From IMG/VR virus record IMGVR_UViG_2671181118_000002: a DNA stretch of 7,568 nt; one strand, 5' to 3'. A model generated the notes under the pieces. That model was not told the origin of the DNA. It made no database searches and saw nothing but the letters and a program-made list of their open reading frames with translations. This DNA comes from a virus. Lineage: Duplodnaviria; Heunggongvirae; Uroviricota; Caudoviricetes. A program made the translations under genes and the position numbers. How positions within the stretch are numbered: the stretch's first letter is position 1; every line of letters starts with the position of its first letter. Below, one piece after another: positions 1-5,295 of the stretch.

Positions 1-207
1 CTATGTCCTTGACGTCATAGCCGACTGGCCGATAAACCGGGTCGGCGAACTGCTCCCCTGGCGCGTAGCACTGCCGACTGAATAACACATCCCCGTCAAT
101 ACGGTTCTTGCTGCACGCTTACCGCCATTTCGAACGGCCTCCTGATGTTCTGAGGGTGCAGAAATCCCTCCGGTTAAGGATTAAATTTTTAACAGTGCTA
201 AATTTAA

Positions 208-564
208 TTATTCAGTTCTTGATTTTGCCGCCCTGCGTATCCGCGCTTTCGCGTTACGCTCAATCTGAATTAGCTTTTCTATATTTCTCCGCCTTTCCCG
301 TTCCTCCTGGCGCAAGAGCCTTACATCATCTGCCAGTCTGGTTTCTCTTTTCGCCACAGAGAGCATCCAGTCAAATGGCTCCACAACTGCACCGCAGATT
401 TTACAGCGGACCTGACGCTCTTTTTCGTCAACCCGGACAGAGGCGTGATGACAATATGGTCTTTCCGATGGCTCATAAAGAAAATTAACCTGATTACGTG
501 GGTCATCCTCTTTTACCGGAAATAAAACAATATTACTTAACTCATCTTCTGGTTTTATTTCCAT
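208..564 (-). CDS. Hypothetical prophage protein with a C-H-H...C-x-x-C zinc-ribbon-like motif and a basic, coiled-coil-like C-terminus; last gene of the leftward operon
   Basis: Six-frame ORF 208..621. ATG at 562-564 is preceded by AAAGGAGAGGAGC on the minus strand. An alternative GTG start at 619-621 directly abuts the TGA of the upstream gene. Protein contains PYCHHASV...RCKICG and an R/E-rich C-terminus. Confidence 0.6.
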   Translation of the reverse strand: MEIKPEDELSNIVLFPVKEDDPRNQVNFLYEPSERPYCHHASVRVDEKERQVRCKICGAVVEPFDWMLSVAKRETRLADDVRLLRQEERERRRNIEKLIQIERNAKARIRRAAKSRTE

Positions 565-621
565 GCTCCTCTCCTTTGATGCGAATGCCAGCGGCAATTG
601 AAGCCTGATAGCTAATTTCAC

Positions 622-1047
622 TCACAGCACCACCTCCTGAAAATTCCCCTGATAAAACGCCAGCACGCGCTGCATAACTTCGCTCTTCCGGCACTCGCTA
701 CAGATTATGTTCTGACGCCTGTCATAACGACGTATTTCTCCGTCTGGTAACGACCAGATAAGGTCCGGATCAACCACAGGTGTTTTTTTCTTCAGCTTTG
801 CCCTTGAGAGTTTTTTGCGGGCGTTTTGCCAGTCCTTACGAGCCTGTTCAGACGGGAATAACCCGTAACCAGAGTTGTATACATCACCACTGGCAACCAG
901 CTCTCTGGCGAGAACGCTCATCAGATATCTTGTCGCACCTGTCTTGGCTTCCAGTTGCCGTAACGTCTCGCGCCCACTCCGGCGTACTAGCTCAACAACC
1001 TGCCCTTTAATTTTTTCTCGCTCTTCTTGTGTAAAAACTTTTGCCAC
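622..1047 (-). CDS. Hypothetical prophage protein (141 aa), possibly winged-helix-like; function unknown
   Basis: Six-frame ORF. GTG start at 1045-1047 with AGGAGG 5 nt upstream (minus strand CAGGAGGGCTTGTG). Its stop is immediately adjacent to the GTG start option of the next gene, consistent with translational coupling. Confidence 0.65.
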   Translation of the reverse strand: MAKVFTQEEREKIKGQVVELVRRSGRETLRQLEAKTGATRYLMSVLARELVASGDVYNSGYGLFPSEQARKDWQNARKKLSRAKLKKKTPVVDPDLIWSLPDGEIRRYDRRQNIICSECRKSEVMQRVLAFYQGNFQEVVL

Positions 1048-1087
1048 AAGCCCTCCTGAAAATTACCTCATGACCTGAAATAAACAC

Positions 1088-2173
1088 TTACCCCCTGAAG
1101 CCTGGCGGAATTTCGGTATCCGGTTCAGAAACATGATTCACACAACGCTGGTTGTTCGTGCCGCTTACCGGGAGCAACCAGGGGTTTTCAAAATTCCGGT
1201 CCGGTCCAAAAAACGTCGTCGCTCGCTGAACAAATTCCGTTCCCGTTTTCCCGGTAGTCGCCAGGTATCTTGCGTAACGCCTCACGCCATCCAGCATGGC
1301 CTCTGGTGGCACCCCCTCGCGTAATCTGGCCTTCCAGGCACTGAAAGCGGATTTCTTCGGGTTTGCTCCGGCACGCAACGGGTATTCCCGCCAGACCTGT
1401 TCGAACACATCCGGATAATCCACTCGTCCCACAGGCTGCCCGGTGTTTTCCGGGACTACCTGATCGGCTTCCCGCTGAATGGCGGAATCGGCTTCAGGCT
1501 GCTGCAGTTGGTGTGATTGTTCCGGCCTTGCGGTCATCGCCTGCTGCACAGCGCCCGAATCGGCTTCCGGTGTCGTGCCTGCTGGCTGACCAGGATTGAC
1601 GTTCTGAACATCCCCTGCCTGGTTCGTGGCGATTTTTTCGCCATGAAGCATAGTATTTTTATCCTGCTCCTGTTCTTTCTCCTGTTCCTGTTCTTGGCTT
1701 AGAAGCCCCTTTAAAGCCTCTTCGAAGCCCCTTGCTGAATTCCGGCGATTATTCCGCCTCACATCCAGATGGAAATCCGTTTTATATCTGTCGTAAAAGG
1801 CTGACAGAAAGGCGTTTTCAGGTAATGATGCATACTCATTCCTGACACCTGCACAACGGTTATCTCCAGGCTTCAACGTTTCCCCAACCTGCCAGGCTGC
1901 CATTTCATGGACCCAGACCATCTCGGCATCATGGTCATAGCTACAAAAACCAGCTTCAACAGCCCTTTTAAGCCCCTTCGAAGCCCCTTCCGGACCAAGC
2001 CCGGTTTCATGAGCAAGGTACAAAACTGGCAGGTAATACAAACCCAACATATTTGCGTGAGGGGATGTCATCAGGTAAAAAGCAACAACTTGCGCTTCTG
2101 CACCCGCCTTTCTAAGTTCTCTCCCCGTTTCTCCCAGCCAGAATCGCGGGGAAACTTTTGCATAATCACGCAT
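1088..2173 (-). CDS. Putative phage replication-initiation protein (lambda O-like organisation: N-terminal domain, E/Q-rich low-complexity linker, C-terminal domain)
   Basis: Six-frame ORF 1088..2194. Preferred start is ATG at 2171-2173 preceded by GAGGTG; the ORF-track start at 2194 is a TTG. Sits after the cro-like and cII-like genes in the early operon. Contains a QEQEQEKEQEQ linker and iteron-like DNA repeats in the coding sequence. Family assignment is from memory of phage replication proteins and was not verified. Confidence 0.6.
   Translation of the reverse strand: MRDYAKVSPRFWLGETGRELRKAGAEAQVVAFYLMTSPHANMLGLYYLPVLYLAHETGLGPEGASKGLKRAVEAGFCSYDHDAEMVWVHEMAAWQVGETLKPGDNRCAGVRNEYASLPENAFLSAFYDRYKTDFHLDVRRNNRRNSARGFEEALKGLLSQEQEQEKEQEQDKNTMLHGEKIATNQAGDVQNVNPGQPAGTTPEADSGAVQQAMTARPEQSHQLQQPEADSAIQREADQVVPENTGQPVGRVDYPDVFEQVWREYPLRAGANPKKSAFSAWKARLREGVPPEAMLDGVRRYARYLATTGKTGTEFVQRATTFFGPDRNFENPWLLPVSGTNNQRCVNHVSEPDTEIPPGFRG
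1702..1734. repeat. Iteron-like cluster A: three ~11-bp direct repeats (GAAGCCCCTT / AAAGCCTCTT / GAAGCCCCTT) inside the replication gene
   Basis: Read directly: 1702-1711 gaagcccctt, 1713-1722 aaagcctctt, 1724-1733 gaagcccctt. The 11-bp period is not a multiple of 3, so the copies lie in different codon phases. Confidence 0.5.
1961..1990. repeat. Iteron-like cluster B: three tandem ~10-bp copies of AGCCCCTT-type repeat inside the replication gene
   Basis: Read directly: agccctttt (1961-1969), aagcccctt (1970-1978), gaagcccctt (1980-1989). Same motif and orientation as cluster A, about 260 bp away. Confidence 0.5.
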
Positions 2174-2198
2174 GTTCACCTCGTCTGGAGCCAAACCT

Positions 2199-2244
2199 TC
2201 CTCTGGTTATAATCTGTGATTCACTAATCAACAGAACCAGAGGA
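2199..2244 (+). promoter_or_regulatory. Candidate promoter/operator for the 131-aa gene: 10-bp perfect inverted repeat TCCTCTGGTT...AACCAGAGGA overlapping a TATAAT -10 hexamer and the downstream RBS
   Basis: Arms at 2199-2208 and 2235-2244 are exact reverse complements with a 26-bp spacer. TATAAT at 2208-2213. The right arm contains the AGGAGG Shine-Dalgarno of the ORF starting at 2253. No convincing -35 was found. Confidence 0.4.
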
Positions 2245-2252
2245 GGTTCGAA

Positions 2253-2648
2253 ATGGATTTTGCAACTATCACAAGTAGCGTTGTGTTGAGTGCGTGTGTT
2301 GCTGGCGTGGTTTCGCTGGTTAATGGTGCCTGGCAACGCAAATCGGAACGAACCATTGAAGCGCAACGCCGGGCTGCTGAAGCCAGAGCAAAAATAAGAG
2401 AAATGGCTCTCACCCTCGCATTGAAAGAATGGGAGCTCCACCAAACCATATCGAAGGCAAAGGGGTATGGTGTCAGCGGCCCAGAAGTTTACGTCTTTCG
2501 ATACTTTCGTATGCTCAACCTGATGGAGGAAGACAAATTCACGATTGAAAATCTCAGACTGATCCAGTACGACTCCATGTGTGCTGTTGCAGCAATTCAG
2601 GCAGAGATCGAGCGATATCGGGAGAAAAACGGCCTCCCGATGCCATAA
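2253..2648 (+). CDS. Membrane-anchored protein of unknown function (N-terminal hydrophobic helix, then a charged helical domain); encoded antisense to the surrounding early operon
   Basis: Six-frame ORF. ATG at 2253 with AGAGGAGG 6-7 nt upstream. Residues ~5-26 (ITSSVVLSACVAGVVSLVNGAW) are hydrophobic and followed by QRKSER. Not recognised as any family I know. Confidence 0.65.
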   Translation: MDFATITSSVVLSACVAGVVSLVNGAWQRKSERTIEAQRRAAEARAKIREMALTLALKEWELHQTISKAKGYGVSGPEVYVFRYFRMLNLMEEDKFTIENLRLIQYDSMCAVAAIQAEIERYREKNGLPMP

Positions 2649-2652
2649 ACAA

Positions 2653-2874
2653 TCAGCGTTTTTCATCTTTCCAAATCCTCATATCAGGCTTGCGCCCAAT
2701 GAACCGACGAAGACAATTTAAAGTCCATCGGGTGAAGTAATCCCTGAAACCAAAGAGATACCAGGTGAACAGATTCACGATAAAATGTCCGGCCAGAGCC
2801 CCACCAATACCACAGGCAAGAACAGTAAAAAAATCAGGTAGATTCACAGCCCCCTCCGTCATTGTTAACGCCAT
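2653..2874 (-). CDS. Small membrane protein (64-73 aa) with a long hydrophobic segment and a basic C-terminal tail; function unknown
   Basis: Six-frame ORF. Possible starts: ATG at 2872-2874 (8 nt after the upstream stop, weak SD) or GTG at 2845-2847 preceded by GGAGG with a 5-nt spacer. Hydrophobic stretch FFTVLACGIGGALAGHFIVNLFTWYLFGF. Its stop lies 4 nt from the stop of the convergent 2253..2648 gene. Confidence 0.55.
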   Translation of the reverse strand: MALTMTEGAVNLPDFFTVLACGIGGALAGHFIVNLFTWYLFGFRDYFTRWTLNCLRRFIGRKPDMRIWKDEKR

Positions 2875-2882
2875 CCGTGCTT

Positions 2883-3308
2883 TTAGTGCATCACCACGGC
2901 ATTTCCTGCAGGGCCACCACGGTTCATCTGATTGAAACCGGCAATCGCCACTGCGACAAAATCATCAGCGTCTCTCACCAGTCGTTCCCGCGTCTCCACC
3001 AGCTCCCGAAAATAGGCTGAACTGTGGCTGCGCATTCGGGCCACCAGCAAAGGTGGCATTGCCTTTTCGATCGCTGGTAACAACGCCTGAATTTTTTCAA
3101 CAGCATCAGGGGTGTCTTTCTCTACCCAGCGGAAAATTTTCTGTGTATTGCGAGCCAGGGCTTCCGGATGGCTGTCGTCATACAGTTCAGGAAACGTTAT
3201 ACCCAACTCAAAATAAGCCTGGGTTATTCCAGCTGCTGGAACTTTTTCGCCATCAGGACGCGCCCAGGCATTCATCGCCATGCGGATGTGTTCATGCTTG
3301 ATTTTCAT
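2883..3308 (-). CDS. YdaT-like protein (prophage CII-analog family)
   Basis: Six-frame ORF. ATG at 3306-3308 preceded by AGGAG. Overlaps the end of the upstream cro-like gene by 17 nt. N-terminus MKIKHEHI and the position straight after a YdaS/DicC-like gene match the ydaS-ydaT arrangement of Rac-type prophages (recalled, not searched). Confidence 0.65.
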   Translation of the reverse strand: MKIKHEHIRMAMNAWARPDGEKVPAAGITQAYFELGITFPELYDDSHPEALARNTQKIFRWVEKDTPDAVEKIQALLPAIEKAMPPLLVARMRSHSSAYFRELVETRERLVRDADDFVAVAIAGFNQMNRGGPAGNAVVMH

Positions 3309-3573
3309 GAATCAAGCTCCTAGAAAGTGGTTGTGTTAACGTTTTGGTATCTTCCAGCTCGGGCCAAATATTCATCCAATCAAAAGGCCTTAGTTGCTGA
3401 CGTGTAACTTCACCATTACTGGCTCGCTCAATAAGGACACATAACGATGCCCCTAACACTTGACCTTTACTCAATGCCTTTCTTAGATAACCGATGCTGG
3501 TACCACACTCGCATGCAAACATACGCTGTTCATCTGACGAAAGAGAATTGAGAAATATTCTTAATTCTTCCAT
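3292..3573 (-). CDS. Cro-like HTH regulator of the YdaS/DicC family
   Basis: Six-frame ORF. ATG at 3571-3573 with AAGGAG 6 nt upstream. Divergent from the repressor gene. Contains an HTH-like segment (GTSIGYLRKALSKGQ) and the C-terminal motif GEVTRQQLRPFDWMNIWPEL, which I recall as typical of YdaS/DicC-type proteins. Confidence 0.75.
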   Translation of the reverse strand: MEELRIFLNSLSSDEQRMFACECGTSIGYLRKALSKGQVLGASLCVLIERASNGEVTRQQLRPFDWMNIWPELEDTKTLTQPLSRSLIHENQA

Positions 3574-3598
3574 AGCTACTCCTTAGTAAACACAGCAA

Positions 3599-3680
3599 AG
3601 AATACCCACAGGTAAACAAAAGTCAATACCCACAGGTTGTTTACCTTGCAGTAATCGCATCTATTATTTACCTATGGACA
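3599..3680. promoter_or_regulatory. Divergent promoter/operator region between the cro-like and repressor genes, with repeated TACC-N4-GGTA-type operator motifs
   Basis: Direct repeat AATACCCACAGGT at 3601-3613 and 3625-3637. 10-bp inverted repeat AGGTAAACAA (3611-3620) / TTGTTTACCT (3637-3646). Candidate leftward promoter on the minus strand: TTGACT (3621-3626), ~16-bp spacer, TATTCT (3599-3604). Candidate rightward promoter: TTTACC (3640-3645), 16-bp spacer, TATTAT (3662-3667), ending 6 nt before the repressor ATG, which suggests a leaderless mRNA. Confidence 0.5.
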
Positions 3681-4093
3681 AATATGAATTTAGACGACAG
3701 CAACTCATCAAAATTCGTGATGAGAAATGCGATGGTAAAGCGGTTAACGTGGCCAGAAAGATCGGGCGCGAGCCTTCTTATGTATCAAGAATGTTGTACC
3801 CAGAGGGGAAAAAGGGAAAAAAACGGATCGCTGATGATATGGTGGAGATTATCGAAGAGTCCTTTGGGTTACCCCGGGGATGGATGGATGGTATCGTTTC
3901 ATCATCAACGAACACAGCCTCCAGTTATGAAACAAGGGTTCTAACGCCACGACAACGTATTTTTTTAGATCTCTTAGACGAACTGCCAGAAAGTGAAGCG
4001 GATAACTTATTAAAAACTCTTGAAGAGAAAAAACAGTATTACAATATGATCTACGAAGAAATCCGTAAAAAGAAAGCACAAAACGCATCATAG
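3674..4093 (+). CDS. Prophage repressor (CI/DicA-like); the C-terminal region resembles DicA, the N-terminal DNA-binding region does not
   Basis: Six-frame ORF 139 aa, divergent from the cro-like gene. HTH-like segment AVNVARKIGREPSYVSRML. C-terminal LTPRQRIFLDLLDELPESEADNLLKTLEE resembles the DicA C-terminal pattern as I recall it. No Shine-Dalgarno upstream, consistent with a leaderless start. Confidence 0.7.
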   Translation: MDKYEFRRQQLIKIRDEKCDGKAVNVARKIGREPSYVSRMLYPEGKKGKKRIADDMVEIIEESFGLPRGWMDGIVSSSTNTASSYETRVLTPRQRIFLDLLDELPESEADNLLKTLEEKKQYYNMIYEEIRKKKAQNAS

Positions 4094-4135
4094 CTCACCA
4101 AACAACTAGTCACCAGTTAAGACACCGCAAAAAGT

Positions 4136-4176
4136 TACCCATGGGTATTTACTTTTTAAATACCTATGGGTATCCT
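4136..4176 (+). promoter_or_regulatory. Operator/promoter region upstream of the dicB-type operon: a perfect 12-bp palindrome and a near-copy of the same motif
   Basis: TACCCATGGGTA at 4136-4147 is its own reverse complement. TACCTATGGGTA at 4161-4172, 25 bp away. Same TACC-N4-GGTA motif as in the 3599-3680 region. Candidate -35 TTTACT (4148-4153) and -10 TATCCT (4171-4176). Confidence 0.45.
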
Positions 4177-4358
4177 TCTTTTCATACCAACCCACCCCGC
4201 CCCACAGAATGCAGGGCAATACTTCGAGTTACCAGGCAGTGGTCAGGGGTTAAGTAGCCAGCCCGAGGCGTAAGAACATGACGGCAGGGTTCAACTTTAA
4301 TAACTATGCAGCAGGTTTTTGTTCCGCTACCCCGGCGTTAAGGGGAAATGAGGTCAGC

Positions 4359-4514
4359 ATGGATACTATCGATCTTGGCAACAACGAATCTCTGGTGTAC
4401 GGCGTATTTCCAAACCAGGACGGCACGTTCACCGCAATGACGTATACCAAAAGCAAAACGTTTAAAACCGAAAATGGTGCCCGTCGCTGGCTGGAAAGAA
4501 ACTCAGGTGAGTGA
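4359..4514 (+). CDS. ydfA: YdfA-like small protein (51 aa), first gene of the dicB-type operon
   Basis: Within six-frame ORF 4278..4514. ATG at 4359-4361 preceded by GAGGT gives a 51-aa product (MDTIDLGNNESLVYGVFPNQDG...) matching the size and position of Qin ydfA. An upstream ATG at 4278 would give 78 aa. Confidence 0.65.
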   Translation: MDTIDLGNNESLVYGVFPNQDGTFTAMTYTKSKTFKTENGARRWLERNSGE

Positions 4515-4515
4515 T

Positions 4516-4644
4516 ATGGATTTCGACACAATCATGGAAAAGGCTTACGAAGAATACTTCGAAGGCCTTGCCGAAGGCGAAGAAGCTCTCAGCTTCAGTG
4601 AGTTTAAACAGGCGCTTTCCAGTTCGGCAAAATCTAACGGCTGA
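4516..4644 (+). CDS. ydfB: YdfB-like small protein (42 aa)
   Basis: Not in the ORF track (below its size cutoff); translated by hand. ATG at 4516-4518, 1 nt after the ydfA-like TGA, with AGGTGA upstream. Product MDFDTIMEKAYEEYFEGLAEGEEALSFSEFKQALSSSAKSNG; TGA at 4642-4644. Confidence 0.65.
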   Translation: MDFDTIMEKAYEEYFEGLAEGEEALSFSEFKQALSSSAKSNG

Positions 4645-4673
4645 TAAGCGAAACAGCACCGCGAGGAATCAGT

Positions 4674-4892
4674 ATGCAGAAACGAGAACCCGTCATCATC
4701 GCGCCAGACTATACCGATGATGAACTTTATGAGTGGATGCGCCAGAAAATTAATGCAGCGCAGGATCTGAAATGGGCTAATGAAGCCAGGGCTAAGCAGG
4801 CTGAAAATCTGTCCGCTCTGGAGCAGGATATCACCAGGCTGGAAAAAGCAGCGGCATTAAGCATTGCCAGAATGATTACATACCCGCGTTAA
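4674..4892 (+). CDS. ydfC: YdfC-like small protein (72 aa)
   Basis: Six-frame ORF. ATG at 4674 with GAGGAA and a 5-nt spacer. Size and position between ydfB-like and DicF match the Qin dicB operon. Confidence 0.65.
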   Translation: MQKREPVIIAPDYTDDELYEWMRQKINAAQDLKWANEARAKQAENLSALEQDITRLEKAAALSIARMITYPR

Positions 4893-5232
4893 TAGCTAAC
4901 CAACGAAGCTAAGGTTGGTAATTAAGGAGTTCTCCACGGGTGAGGTGGAGTGCGTGCGCCGGACACGGGTGAGCATCCGGCACTGACAGTTTACTGAAAG
5001 GATATTTCCATGAAAAGTCAGACCATAACGCGAAAGCGCACGGCGAGGTAGCTGGTTCATAGATAACCTGTCGTTAAATTTTCGTCGACCGTGCGCTTCC
5101 GGTTGTGGCACTCCGCGAAATGGCGCGGCGGTAAGTATGGCGGGGTTATTCCTTCCCCGTTGAGGACATCGGGTTGTCAGGTTGACCATACGCTTAAGTG
5201 ACAACCCCGCTGCAACGCCCTCTGTTATCAAT

Positions 5233-5285
5233 TTTCTGGTGACGTTTGGCGGTATCAGTTTTACTCCGTGGCTGCTCTGCCGCCC
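5233..5285 (+). ncRNA. dicF: DicF small regulatory RNA
   Basis: TTTCTGGTGACGTTTGGCGGTATCAGTTTTACTCCGTGGCTGCTCTGCCGCCC followed by TTTTT matches the DicF sequence as I recall it, possibly with one substitution. Lies between ydfC-like and dicB, as in the Qin prophage. Confidence 0.85.
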
Positions 5286-5290
5286 TTTTT
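5249..5290 (+). terminator. Intrinsic terminator-like 3' hairpin of DicF with T-run
   Basis: GGCGG (5249-5253) pairs with CCGCC (5280-5284) around an imperfect inner stem; TTTTT at 5286-5290. Confidence 0.5.
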
Positions 5291-5295
5291 AAAGT

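Noticed and set aside
153-200. Hairpin GAGGG-N9-CCCTC as a terminator after the leftward operon
   Set aside because: Only a 5-bp stem with a 9-nt loop and no adjacent T-run on either strand; not convincing as an intrinsic terminator.
108-506. Plus-strand ORF 108..488 and minus-strand ORF 321..506
   Set aside because: Both overlap the 208..564/621 gene in other frames or strands and have poor composition; shadow ORFs.
780-2212. Plus-strand ORFs 780..1010, 875..1078, 1133..1324, 1363..1599, 1517..1702 and 1907..2212
   Set aside because: All antisense to the SD-supported minus-strand genes (622..1047 and the replication gene), with no RBS and Arg/Ser/Leu-rich products typical of antisense frames.
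2253-2310. Possible lipoprotein signal (L-S-A-C lipobox-like) at the N-terminus of the 131-aa protein
   Set aside because: The n-region is acidic (MDF...) with no positive charge and the hydrophobic stretch continues past the Cys, so a transmembrane anchor is more likely than a cleaved lipoprotein signal.
2166-2666. Minus-strand ORFs 2166..2666 (166 aa) and 2228..2449
   Set aside because: Antisense to the 2253..2648 gene, which has a strong SD and a promoter-like element. The 166-aa product is Cys/Phe/Ser-rich with no start context.
3041-3048. Chi-like octamer (GCTGGTGG on the minus strand)
   Set aside because: A single occurrence in 7.5 kb is within chance expectation; no basis for a functional claim.
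3053-3301. Plus-strand ORF antisense to the YdaT-like gene
   Set aside because: No RBS, and it overlaps a gene supported by SD and operon context.
3684-4091. ORFs 3684..3944 (+) and 3849..4091 (-) overlapping the repressor gene
   Set aside because: Alternative-frame and antisense shadows of the repressor CDS.
4304-4720. ORFs 4304..4531 (-), 4462..4659 (-) and 4511..4720 (+)
   Set aside because: Overlap the ydfA-like and ydfB-like genes in the wrong frame or strand. The 42-aa frame starting at 4516 has the SD and matches the expected ydfB product instead.
4896-5231. 111-aa minus-strand ORF in the ydfC-DicF spacer
   Set aside because: Arg-rich, unnatural composition and no RBS; the region is better explained as structured untranslated RNA of the dicB operon.
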